Below are positions 1 to 12,278 of a stretch of DNA of 64,000 nucleotides, one piece after another. A program made the position numbers and the translations under genes. This DNA comes from Octopus vulgaris. Its lineage: Eukaryota. The notes beneath the pieces are model-generated. The model was not told the DNA's origin. It did not search any database and was given only the letters and a program-made list of their open reading frames with translations. Each line of letters begins with the position of its first letter. Position 1 is the first letter of the stretch. The stretch lies in the NCBI GenBank assembly GCA_951406725.2, contig OX597818.1:142724001-142788000 (forward strand), given 5' to 3'.

Positions 1-731
1 TTTAAAAGCAACCTTCCATCGCATTTTTAGACTCTGGCATTGGAAAAGTTACATTCTAACAATAATCCACGCTTTCAATGAAGGTGATCGGGACAGAAGC
101 ATTCTGTTTTGCATGTGGTACTTGGCAAGATGTGTAGATGAGGGACGATAAAATAAAGTATCAATCAAGTACTGGAGTCAGTGGTAATGCAGTGAAGACG
201 AGAACCCGGTGGAGATTCGAACCCTAGTTCTCGAATTTTTCCCAGTCAAGAATCACAACTTAATATATTTCCATAAATGGAAAAGGCTTTCCATTAAAAA
301 ATATTAGCGCCTACGCGAATATGGTTAGATCAATCATCTTTGGCTGACTTATCTATGGGTAAGGCGGCAACCTCAAAGGGAGAATGCAAGTTTTCCCGCC
401 AAACTAATTCTAGAACCTTCGGGGCCGCCCAATATTTAATTAATCTCAGAGCTATCCCATGATTATACGGGTCAAGTTACTTTTCCCGTATGCTAAGTCT
501 CTCACTTGACCCATCTATTCTCCTGGCAAATTCTTCCTCATCAGAGAGCTACTTCGGGGTCTGTGCGCGTCGGTCGTTTTTCCCAGGTTAGCCTCTCAAC
601 TCGCTTATCTTTCTCTCCTATTCATAAGTCTTGACTAATAGTGACAATCAACGAATATTCATTACATATTAAGATTCATACGTCCGTACAATTTGCACAA
701 TATTAATTCATTGACTGTACATTTGTAAATA

Positions 732-964
732 TATATTTCTTTACTACCCACAAGGAGCTAAACACAGAGAGGACAAACAAAGACAGACATAGGTATTAAG
801 TCGATTATATCGACCCCAGTGCATAACTGGTACTTATTTAATCGATCCCGAAAGGATGAAAGACAAAGTCGACCTCGGCGGAATTTGAACTCAGAATGTA
901 ACGGCAGACGAAATACCGCTAAGCATTTCGCCCGTCGTGCTAACGTTTCTGCCAGCTCACCGCC
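732..964 (-). mobile_element. tRNA-derived SINE, family A, full length with 21-bp TSD
   Basis: Head GGCGGTGAGCTGGCAGAA and B-box GAGTTCAAATTCC; TSD ttgactgtacatttgtaaata at 711-731 and 965-985. The family core reads GCCTTTCATCCTTTCGGGGTCGATAAA in other copies, which lie near 1145, 1690, 11750, 25570, 26690, 28300, 30490, 31790, 35750, 47140, 57630 and 61120. Confidence 0.85.
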
Positions 965-1350
965 TTGACTGTACATTTGTAAATACCGTATGTTGATAAG
1001 TTAAATATATAGCAATTCAAACCAATCTTAATGTGATTATTGTCAACAGGCGCAACCTAACAGCTTACTGTCTTGAGAACAGCGAGAAAAGTTCGGTCTA
1101 ATAACCAGGGCATCGACTAACCATTTCCCCTTAAAATTACAGGTCTGAGCGAAATGCTTGGCAGCATTTCGTCCGTCTTTATATTCTGAGATCAAATTCT
1201 GCCGAGGTCGACTTTGCCTTTCATTCTTTCGGGGTCAATAAATTAAGTATCAGGGAAACACTGGGGTCGATGTAATCAACTAGTCCCTTCCGCCCCCACA
1301 AAATTTCAGGTCTTGCGGCTTTAGTAAATGTTATTATTATTATTATTATT

Positions 1351-1660
1351 GAGTGAGAGAGCAGTTCATGCCATCAAAGTGACACTGGGGTAAAATATAC
1401 GAAGCCCAATATACCCATCATGACTACCCGTCTGATAAGGGTACAGCAGGCACATGCATCACAACCATATGTGCGCGACATGGTGATCTCATATCAAGAT
1501 AAACAGCACATGACCTTGCAGGTGGGGCCCAGTTAGAAATTTCTTCAGGTTGAGTAGCCCATCCCGCTCAAAAGGTCCCTGAATAAGGGTTGTTTAAGGA
1601 TGTTGAAAGAACCACCCATGATTCCAGAGGTGAATTATTCAAACCCCAAAGAATCCCTCT
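1351..1660 (-). repeat. Interspersed repeat between (TTA)n tracts, probably a non-LTR retrotransposon 3' end
   Basis: Relatively GC-rich block bounded on both sides by (TTA)n; family not identified. Confidence 0.4.
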
Positions 1661-1807
1661 CTATTATTATTATTATTATTATTACTTTCTACTCTAGGCA
1701 CAAAGGCTGAAATTTTGGGGGAGGGTGCCAGTCGATTAGATCGGGGTCGATGTAATTGACTAGTCCCCGGCCCCCAAATTTTAGGCCTTGTGCCTCCAGT
1801 ACAAAGG

Positions 1808-1853
<46 letters not shown>

Positions 1854-3104
1854 GCTTTAGCTCAGGTCCATTTCACCTTTTCGGGGTCGATAAAATAAGT
1901 AGCAAGTGAAAACTAGGGTTGTTGTAATTGACTTCCCCTTCACCTCAAAACTGCTGGCCTTGTGCCAAATTTAGAAAGAAAATTGTTGAGAAAACCATTA
2001 GCTTAAATTTCGTAAATCGTTTCACGTTACCAATTATTCAAACTATTGAAGAAGGAAAGCTACGTGAAAATATAACAACAGAACAGGTTGAATATTTTTG
2101 CCTGTATGTTGTCACGCATCTTCCCTCCTTCACTCGTTTGAATAATTGGTCACATAAATCTGGACATAATGACTGAGGAGGCTTCAACTTCGAATGAAAT
2201 GCATAAATTCTTCCTCATACATTGAATACTTTTCTCTTCGTTTACAAAGTTCCTTGATCTGTGTGTCTGCGCGCGCGCGTATCTATGTGTATAGGTGTGT
2301 ACGTGTGTGTGTGTATAGACACACACGCATATATGTATAGACTGTTAGGTGTGATGTACAGAATGTGAATATTGAGAAAAAAAGTCGTCAGAATTTTAGA
2401 AAAAAAAATCTTTTTATTTCCTCATTATTATTAGCGATTTCGTTCACCGTTGTTTACCTGTTGTTATCCGTAGATTTATTGCAGGAACTTCGAAGTGGCG
2501 GTTGTGGTAACAGTATTGATAAAATAGATGGAATGTATAACAGATTTAAGTTAGAGTATTTGGGATTAACATTAGATTTTGTCTGTGGTGCTTCATTAGT
2601 TCGCACGCACGCGTGTGTAAGCGTTCAAGTCTGTCACAGCTTCTTATGCAGAAGTTGATCATTATTTTCGCTAATTTCTCAGTTTTTCTGAAATCGCTAT
2701 TTTATTTGTGTTATCGTAACTTTGGACACTAAGAAACAGGATTCAAAATAGAAAGCTACGAGAAAACAAACATAGACTGCTTATTACTGAGAAACACGTG
2801 AGAGGTTCTTACAGACAGATTGCAATATACTGAAGGTTGTTCATACGAATAACGTAATGTAAGAATTATTGAAACAGCTGCAGAAATGAATGGTTTGAAA
2901 TATTCCTGATGTTATTTTCTATTGTTATTTCAAATGTTTTGTGTTCTGTTCATGCGTTATAGCCTAGTTCACAGTATATGCAACATTATACATGATATAT
3001 ATTTTACATGTGGTGTTAGGTGTTTAACACAGTAAACTATATAGAGCTTTAATATAATTGATTTGTTTTGCATATTCAGTACATCATAACGTTCTGTGTA
3101 TGCC

Positions 3105-3222
3105 TACATACATACATACATACATACATACATACATACATACATACATACATACATACATACATACATACATACATACACACACATACGCACACACATG
3201 TACACACGCGTGTACACACACG

Positions 3223-3277
<55 letters not shown>
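3105..3277. repeat. Compound microsatellite (TACA)n-(CA)n-(TA)n
   Basis: Seen directly; it explains the overlapping HTYI/CMYV ORFs. Confidence 0.95.
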
Positions 3278-3279
<2 letters not shown>

Positions 3280-4374
3280 TCACCCACGGACTCACATTTT
3301 ATATTTCAGTTCTGTATTCAATGATATTTATAAACTTTTTTGCACGTAAAATCATACTTTGCGTATTTTTAAATCAACTTCTTAGAAACAGTAGCTGAAC
3401 ATCTGTCTGCTCCAATTTGGCAATCAATCGATTTATTTGTTTCACCATTATATATTTTTCCATCTTTCTATCTATTTATCTGTCAGCCAGTCTATATGTT
3501 TATCTCTTAATCTACCTTCTATCCCCACCTTTTGTTTGACAATATATATGATGAAAGTTGAAGTGGATCTTATCTTGAATGCCAGTTGGACATGTTTAGT
3601 CTCACTAAACCTTCTCAGCGAGATATTTGTTCCCACCTACTGCTTTTTCATTTCTGACATTTTTTTTTTTCGAAAATCTGTTCATATCTATGATTTTAAC
3701 ATGTGAATATGATTCTGCTAATAAATAAATAAATAAATAAATAGATAAATATATAAAATTAAGTTTTTAAATATTTTGTGTCTTCTTATTTTGAAGCAAC
3801 TTTTTTGTATAATTCTTTTATTCCCCAGATTTTCACTGATATTTTGTATAATTCTCTTTTTTTTTTCCAGATTTTCACTGAAATTTTGATTTTTGTAGCC
3901 TGAGAAATGAGGTAAAAGGGGCAAAAAATTTATTTTTAATTCAAATTTTTCTTTTCTTTTTTTTTTCAGAATCGTAATCTTCGATTTTAAAACACAAATC
4001 CGAAGCAATTTTTGTGTTGAGGAACTAAATCATTTTCCATTCTGTTTTATAAGATTACCAAAACTTGCCATAGTTTGGGCCATACCAATTCACGCAGACA
4101 GGTTATTGTCACGATAAAAATATTTCCTAAATGACATGGCAATTCTAACAGACGACAATACAATTCAAAAACAAACTGGGAAATCGTTCGCAGAATTTTA
4201 GAACTCAATACTGACGCAAAAGTATATAATCGAAACTTCCACTCATAAAACAGAAACAAGCACTATTAAATAGGATTCTTTATATTACGTTGACTTTTAA
4301 TGCAAATTTAAAAAAGCACAAACAAGGCCAGATATTTTTGCAGAGATTAGTGTCAATCTTATCAACCCCAGTAC

Positions 4375-4745
4375 TTGTCTTCTTGTCTTGAGACAGCATT
4401 CACCCGGGGTGGGTTGAGCTGGCTTCATTCATCCTCAATGCTGCATCTCTCACAAACGTCGACCAGACCTGGCGATTTGAGGCTAACCACCGCGTGATCT
4501 CCAACCATTCCTTATTCCAGCGGCGAACGCCGTAGATATGGGGGACTAGGTTGGGTTCCAGATCAGCCTTGACTGTCATCAGCCAGGTTTTTCGTTGTCC
4601 ACCACATCGCTTTCGCCAACCCTGAAGGGGAGCTGGGGCAATTGCTTCATAGGTTGGGTTCCAGATCAGCCTTGACTGTCATCAGCCAGGTTTTTCGTTG
4701 TCCACCACATCGCTTTCGCCAACCCTGAGAAGGAGCTGGGGCAAT
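4375..4745 (-). mobile_element. RTE-like LINE 3' fragment with an internal ~100-bp tandem duplication
   Basis: Minus strand reads QGWRKRCGGQRKTWLMTVKADLEP...WLASNRQVWSTFVRDA; the segment at 4549-4624 recurs at 4652-4727. Confidence 0.65.
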
Positions 4746-5070
4746 TACTTCGTATATTCCTCAGTACTTCACTGGTACGTATTTTATTGAAGCATGTAAA
4801 AATGAGGGGTTTGAACCCAGAACGTAATGTAATAATGATGATGACAACGACGACTACATTGGAGTGGGTATAACATCTACAATTTCCCATCATGTCTTCG
4901 CATGATGTAAGAACAAAAACTGAAATTAGATTTTCACTAGGATGTAATATGAAAAATAACAAGAAAATTAAGATTTTCACTGAAGCATTAACAAATATAT
5001 CCGTCCGAATGATGAGACATAAGAATCTTGGAAATCATAAGAGTCTGGTTCCTGATCACGAGCTCTCTGT

Positions 5071-5121
<51 letters not shown>

Positions 5122-5176
5122 AGTTGGAATCTTCAGCCTTCACTACATGACTAAATTTAGTTATGTACATATGCTA

Positions 5177-5565
5177 TGGATGGAAGCACTCCGTCGGTTA
5201 CGACGACGAGGGTTCCGGTTGATCCGAATCAACGGAACAGCCTGCTCATAAAATTAACGTGTAAGTGGCTGAGCACTCCACAGACACGTGTATCCTTAAC
5301 GTAGTTCTCGGGGATATTCAGCGTGACACAGAGAGTGACAAGGCCGGCCCTTTGAAATACAGGTACAACAGAAACAGGAAGTAAGAGTGAGAGAAAGTTG
5401 TGGTGAAAGAGTACAGCAGGGATCACCACCATCCCCTGCCGGAGCCTCGTGGAGCTTTAGGTGTTTTCGCTCAATAAACACTCACAACGCTCGGTCTGGG
5501 AATCGAAACCGCGATCCTATGACCACGAGTCCGCTGCCCTAACCACTGGGCCATTGCGCCTCCAC
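5177..5565 (-). mobile_element. tRNA-derived SINE, family B, tail type 1 (OR1/OR2-like octopus SINE)
   Basis: Head GGAGGCGCAATGGCCCAGTGGTTAGGGCAGCGGACTCG...TTCGATTCC; tail ...CGTCGTAACCGACGGAGTGCTTCCA. A second copy lies at 9798-10170 (+). Confidence 0.8.
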
Positions 5566-5802
5566 TACTCAGGTAAAATGAAGCATGCAATAAGATAAGT
5601 TAATATCTAACCCAGAAGCACAGTATTAATTGCAGCAAGGTTTGAAGATTTGGCTGTGGAATCAGTAGTTACAGTTAAAGGTAAACTAGGCTGGAAGATA
5701 TTCCATTTTCCGATGCGTTAAGCGACTGAACATGCAAGAAACCCCTCCACCAAGATGGGACACCAGTCCTTTATAAGATTACCCCAAGCTGCAACTCATT
5801 TT

Positions 5803-6135
5803 GGATCTTTTCGGTTTGAACGGCAGTTTTTTCTAGCGGTGTCATATGAAATTGTCACCCATAATTATGACCCTAGTATCGATCTATTGCATTTCAATAT
5901 ATTTTAGGGTTAGGGTTAGTTAAGGTTAGGGTTAGGGTTAGGGGTGGGGGAAGGGTATCTTTTTTTCTTCACAAATGTAAATGAACCCAATCTGTTTCTT
6001 AAACGAGGGACATACGGCACATAATGTTGTTTACCTCAATGGACGTCAGTGATTGGTTGAAATTGCAGAAATTGAAGAAAAAAACAACAAATAGCTTACA
6101 AACTATAGAATTTTCTCAATAAAGCCAAGAGAACG
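5803..6135. repeat. Interspersed repeat fragment with internal (TTAGGG)n
   Basis: About six degenerate TTAGGG units at 5904-5943 inside non-telomeric sequence. Confidence 0.5.
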
Positions 6136-6847
6136 AATTCTCCACAAGAACGATTAAGCTCACCACTGCAAACCAATCAAACATTTACGGACCAACAACA
6201 AAAATCTCTATGTTAAAAGAAAGCAACGAAGCTTTCCTCAAAATTAGCGTCTTATAAAAGAATAGGATACACTAAAAAGGCAAGATGGTCATAGCTGGAA
6301 CGTCTCAGAGCATATTATAGTGTGTTTGATCAGGACCAAGTTTTTAAAGATAGGGAAATACAAATTCAAAATGAAACACTCGTTACTTCCAGTTTTGCCT
6401 AGAAATGTTTAAAATGTCATACTGCAGTAGTTAGGTTGACTTAGGTGAACTCGGCCATTAAGATTTTGGTGTTTTGACCAGCGGCATAATATTTCAGTTG
6501 ATTGCTTGTTAGTCGATCAATTGATCATCTGCAATCTCATAAAATAGATCGAAGTTATCGATTTTGAAGGAAAATCAATAGTAAGAGCCGCCGCGGGAAG
6601 AATAAATAAAATAGTCAGCTTATAGTGGGAAAATATACTTGATTGATGTCTGTGATATCTCAGACAGAGAGAGAGAGAGGGTTCTTTTTTATTCCATTGT
6701 TCTAAACAGAAGAATACTGTTGTTGTTGTTGTCGTCGTCGTCGTCGTCGTCGTTTAACTTGGGCTGAGCAGAATGATCGGTGTTCCAACCATGACCACTC
6801 TAATTTTTTCAAGAATATAGGTTGAGATTTGATGCAAATGTACATAC

Positions 6848-6895
<48 letters not shown>

Positions 6896-6973
6896 GTGTG
6901 TGGTATCCTGTCTGATGAATGAGAATGTGAAAATGTGAAATCTGAATAACTAGATATAGGTTATATATACATA

Positions 6974-7272
6974 GAGGCACAATGGCCCAGTGGTTAGGGT
7001 AGCGGACTCGCGGTCGTAGGATCGCGGTTTCGATTCCCAGACCGGGCGTTGTGTGTGTTTATTGAGCGAAAACACCTAACAGCTCCACGAGGCTCCGACA
7101 GGGGGTGGTGGCGACCCCTATTGTACTCTTTCGCCACAACCTTCTCTCACTCTTTCTTCAGTTGGCCTGCTCGCTTGGCCAGCGGGGTGGCGTCATTTGA
7201 AGGCTAAAACAATGCGAACGCATTGTGACCAGCGATGTGTAACAACATCTGATGAACTGGTCGGTCACATGA
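6974..7272 (+). mobile_element. tRNA-derived SINE, family B, tail type 2
   Basis: Same head as 5177-5565 but a different tail (...GAAGGCTAAAACAATGCGAACGCATTGTGACC...GGTCGGTCAC). Other copies at 32287-32580 and 63418-63704. Confidence 0.8.
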
Positions 7273-7289
7273 TATATATATATATATGG

Positions 7290-8047
7290 TGTGTTGTGAA
7301 TTTGTGGAAAGGAATCCCATAAAGCTCAACAATTTTGTTTAAAATGGCGAAGAGAAGGTGTTAAAATATATAAGAGAATTTTAATTCATGCAGACGATCG
7401 TTTCGTACAGCGAAATAAAAATCATGCAAAATCATGGTTGAATAGAAATAATCAAATTGATTATATATAACTGTATTCTTCAGTGTAAGAAGTATAAACA
7501 AATTTTTTACAAAGGACTTGAGAAAGGAAATAACAGAATAGGATCTTGGTGATTCATATTTATCTTTATGAGAAAATAAAGATGTGAGTCCAGTTAGATA
7601 TTAACTAAAACTAAAAGCTGTAAGAGTTATTTGAAAATATAAGTAAAAGAGTTTTTAGAGACGTTCCCTCTGTAGATGAGTAAGGAGATTAGAAATTCTA
7701 ACTCCAAATAAGTGGCGTAGGGTAAATATTGCATAGAAATGTCCAATGGAAAGTCATGGCTATATTTGAATTAAGATATGAGCTGACAGTTAGAAACAAT
7801 ACTAAGTGCGGTGTATATTTAAAAAACTGTCAGGTCATATCTTAATTCAAATATAGCCATGACTTTCCATTGGACATTTCTATGCAATATTTACCCTTTG
7901 CAACTTATTTGGAGTTAGAATTTCTAATCTCCTTACTCATCTACAGAGGGAACGTCTCTAAAACCTCTCTCACTTATATTTTCGAATAACCATTATAGCC
8001 TTAATACCTAACTGGACTCACATCTTCGTTTTCTCATAAGGATAAAT
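7290..8047 (-). mobile_element. Penelope-like element 3' remnant with inverted partial copy and hammerhead motif
   Basis: Inverted arms 7558-7791 and 7825-8047; decayed peptide resembling a GIY-YIG C-terminus (LN..ELTS..HKDK); hammerhead core on the minus strand at 7385-7491; (TA)n flank. Confidence 0.65.
7385..7491 (-). ncRNA. Type I hammerhead ribozyme motif, partly decayed, with long stem II insertion
   Basis: CTGAAGA-ATACAG-(60 nt)-CTGTAC-GAAAC-GATC-GTC-TGCATGAA; palindromic ACGATCGT stem III. Confidence 0.65.
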
Positions 8048-8059
8048 CTAGACATGGCG

Positions 8060-9351
8060 ATTTGTCCCCAACGCAGCCTGATAGAACCTATTCTACCTCT
8101 GCAGCTGTGATCGGCCCTTCACATCACTCCGCGAGTCGTGGCAGACCAGCCAGGAAGTCCGAAGAGTCCATCTCGCTATCTGACCCACCACTCGTTCCGA
8201 ACAGCTGAGCGAAATGATGGTGAAGGACCTTATACATTTTGTCGGGTTCGTTAACTGGGCATCTATTTTGGTCGACCAAATACCGTATGGTGGTTTTGTT
8301 GTCACATTGGGTCTCTACTACATGGGCCCATCTCGCAGCGTTGGTTCCCTCTTATCTCATAGCATGTGACTTACCTCTGACAATGCAATCTACGTGCTTG
8401 GTATTGAGGTGTTGATCGTGGACCAATCTCACTGCCAGCACGTTAGAAGCAATGCCAAATTTTAGTGCCTCTTCTAGGGCTAAATCCCTTTCTATTCTTT
8501 TTTTTTTTTCTAATGCTAAAACTTTGCTATATCTACGTGACTCAAATTCAAGGGCTCTTTTTAGAGCGTACCACCAATTATTATTGATGATAGCTCCTGT
8601 TAATACCCTTTTCACTAATTCTCTAATGCGGTCACTGTGGGCTTTGCACGCCAGGAGTGACGTGTTTAGCTTCCAGTAACCGGAGCCCTGTCCACAGAAT
8701 GTAAGTCAAGCTTACAGATCACACACTTGTGATCCGTATAGCCGAGTATCTGAAATTGTGGACAACTAACTCTAGATTTATCACCCAACCTAATGAATAC
8801 TCTAAGCAAGATCTGGAAGACCCCATGCTATTGGTCCATGTCCACATAGGAGCATCCGGGTGATCTATTCTAAACCTGCCACTCAGTTGAAAGCGACTGA
8901 GCAGGTTAGTGAGGCAAGTGTTCCCTTTTCTATTTAGAGTTGAGCCAACACAATCCACCCGTGACATCCCAAGGAAAGCCTCTAGGCGTCTGAAGTAGTC
9001 GGATTACCCCGTGTCGTTTGGGACATAGACTGTAATCAGTCTGAAAGCGCTGCCGCTGCTATGCGTCGCGTCAAGAACGGCCAGCTTGCCCTCTGGTTCC
9101 ACAAAGATTTCTCGATTTCTAAATCCAGGCCTTTCCGGAATAAAACCACAATCCCCCCGCCTCATCTAGGCTAGCTTGGAGATATATAAATTTCATAACC
9201 ATGGAAGAGGGGCTTCTGACCCGGTCAGCCTGGTTTCACTGGTGACTATGACATCCAAATCCTATGATCCGAGATCGTTTAGCAAGCGTGCTTGCTTCCA
9301 ATACGATCCCAGGCCACGGACATTCAAACTGCCAAGCTTGAATAAAACCAT
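8060..9351 (-). mobile_element. L1/Tx1-clade LINE fragment (AP endonuclease, disrupted)
   Basis: MVLFKLGSLNVRGLG...DVIVTSETRL, MWTWTNS, GYWKLNTSLL; stops and frameshifts; no RT domain. Confidence 0.8.
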
Positions 9352-9404
9352 GAAGAGAGAAAAAGGAAGATGTTTACTTACAGTTAGACGATACAAAAAA
9401 GGGC

Positions 9405-9624
9405 AGGAAAACACAAGGACGGATCATTCGGAGCTTTCTTTCTTCAGTCGAGTTCCAGATCATCGTTGCAGTTTCGGCCGGTTACACTCGAGACTGCTCC
9501 AATCGGGCCGGCCCCAAGAAAATCTAAGCTAATAGCACTAGATTCTTCGGAAGAAAGCAAACTACAATGATGATCTGGAACTCGACTGAAAAAAGCTCCG
9601 AATGATCCGTCCTTGTTTTTTCCT
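9405..9624. repeat. Fold-back element (~70-bp inverted arms)
   Basis: Arms at 9405-9474 and 9559-9624. Confidence 0.85.
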
Positions 9625-10662
9625 ATTCTTTTTTCGATATGCTGGATGCAGCACGAACGTTGTGTATCAGTGGAACATAGATTTTGTGCATGAGAGCACC
9701 AAATGAATGTTGCAGCCTTTTGCCATGACGCCAGTTTGGTTAAAAGGTAAATCTCACTCAACAGTTACTATTTGTGTGTATTATATCATTATTTTAAGTG
9801 GAGGCGCAATGGCCCAGTGGTTAGGGCAGCGGACTCGCGGTTTCGATTCCCAGACCGGGCGTTGTGAGTGTTTATTGAGCGAAAACACCTAAAGCTCCAC
9901 GAGGCTCCGACAGGGGATGGAGGTGATCCCTGCTTTACTCTTTCACCACAACTTTCTCTCACTTTTACTTCCTGCTTCTGTTGTACCTGTATTTCAAAGG
10001 GCCGGCCTTGTCACTCTGTGTCACGCTGAATATCCCCGAGAACTACGTTAAGGGTACACGTGTCTGTGGAATGCTCAGCCACTTACACGTTAATTTCACG
10101 AACAGGCTGTTCCGTTGATTCGGATCAATCGGAACCCTCGTCGTCGTAACCGACGGAGTGCTTCCATTCCCATCATTATTTTACTTGTTTCAGTTATCAC
10201 AGTGGCCATGCTGGAACACCACCTTCAAGGGTTTTTGTTGAACAATTTGACCCCCAGGACTGATTTTTTTAAAACCTTGTACGTATTCTATTGGTTTCTT
10301 ATGCCGAACCGCTAAGTCATGTGGACGTAAACGCCGGTGGCGGGAGACAAACGCAGACACACCTTGGGCAAGTGACTTTTGCTATAGCCACAGGCTGACC
10401 AAAGCCTTGTCAGTGGATTTGGTAGACAGAAACTGAAAAAAGCCCATCACATATGTATGTGTGTGTGTGAAGTAATGTGTGTTTGCGTGTCTGTTTGTCC
10501 CCCTATCATCGCTTGACAACCGATGTTGGTGCGTTTATGCCCCCTTAGTGGTTCAGCAAAAGTAACCGATAGAATAAGTACTAGGCTTACAAAGAATAAG
10601 TCCTGGGGTAGATTTCTTCAACTAAAACCCTTTAAGGCCACAGTCAAATAACTGAAACAAGA

Positions 10663-10697
<35 letters not shown>

Positions 10698-12246
10698 TGC
10701 AGGTGGCACGTAAAAAGTACCCACTACACTCACGGAGTGGTTGGCGTTAGGAAGGGCATCCAGCTGTAGAAACATTGCCAGATAAGACTGGAGCCTGGTG
10801 CAGCCTTCTGGCTTCCCAGATCCCCGGTCGAACCGTCCAATCCATGCTAGCATGGAGAACGGACGTTAAACGATGATGATGATACACGATGGGATTCTTT
10901 CAGTTTCCATCTACCAAATTTACTCACAAGGCTTTCGTCAACCTGAGGCTATAGTAGAAGACACTTTCTGAAGGGGCCAAGCAGTGGGACTGAACCCAGA
11001 ACCATGTGGTTAGGAAGTAAGTTTCTTACCACACAAACAATGTTTCGACATTTTATTTTGGGATATAAACGTGGAAGTTCAAATTGCTGTCTTCATTGCT
11101 TAATATAAACCAAAGAACAGCTCAGAGTTCTTGAGTGGTAGATTTCACTCACCAAACTGTTAAACAAACCATTTGAAAACCGTTTTTTCTTTTCTTTTTA
11201 TTCAATCCTATTTTAAATTTAAACAGAAGTCAAATTAAGAAAAACAAGGCAGATGTTTCATTTCCTATTTTAAATTTATTTCAAATTTTTATTTATTTTT
11301 TTATTCTGAAAACACAATTTTAAAAGCTGTACAGGTATGTCATTATTATAAAAAAATTTTCTTTTTTAAAATCTTTATGATAGTCTTTTATCAATATTGG
11401 GGTTATAAGGGAGGGTTTTCCTTGTGTGAAAATTATACACATAATGAAATGCTACCTGCTTCCAGTCTTAAAAACAAAACAAAATAGCAAAACACGTCAT
11501 AACTCAAGAAAAAAAAATGGAAAAAAATTAATTAAAATTTTTTATTGTTTACTTTTTCTTTTTTTTTAAGACATGCACAAATTAAAAATCCACGAATGGA
11601 TCATATATAACTTGGAAATACTCCTCTAGAGTATTGGAGTTTTAGGGGAAACTGCACTTGTGCTGGAGCCCATTACTTTCCTCTTACCCACATCATGGGT
11701 TGAACTAAACATTACAAGTTACCAATAGCATCATCTCCCTATTGTATCTTATTTCTTTATTGCCCACAGGGAGACAAATATAGAGGAGACAAACAAGGAC
11801 AGACAAAGGGATTAAGTCGATTACATCGACTCCAGTGCGTAACTGGTACTTAATTTATCGACCCCCGAAAGGATGAAAGGCAAAGTCGACCGCTCCCTAT
11901 TGTCCCTATCTACAGTAAGGTTGTCTGAGCTAGTAAGAAGTGTTTTCACTGGGCAGAACAGACTAATAAACATTAAACCTTTGGATTGTAATCCAACACA
12001 CTATTGTTCCAGTTAGCTAAAATCACTTTAGAGTAACATAGTTCATGTCATTACCATCATCAGCTGATTGCAGCTATTTCATATCAAACAATCAAGTTAT
12101 ATGACCACACATGTTTGCTTCCTAAACCAAGGTTTCTTTTTGATGTTTTCATACAGTAAAATAAAAACAAAAATCACACACTTAAGAAATAAATCCTTTC
12201 ATCACACAAGAAAATTTTAAATTCTCTCTTCACAAACACATATGTG

Positions 12247-12278
<32 letters not shown>

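Noticed and set aside
2365-2658. 97-aa ORF with a hydrophobic stretch
   Set aside because: GTG start, no recognisable domain or exon structure; likely chance.
3058-3398. Overlapping HTYI/CMYV ORFs, and similar ones at 22035-22449
   Set aside because: Translations of microsatellites.
6974-7050. tRNA gene candidates in SINE heads
   Set aside because: They run into SINE bodies and lack a complete acceptor stem; they are tRNA-derived repeats.
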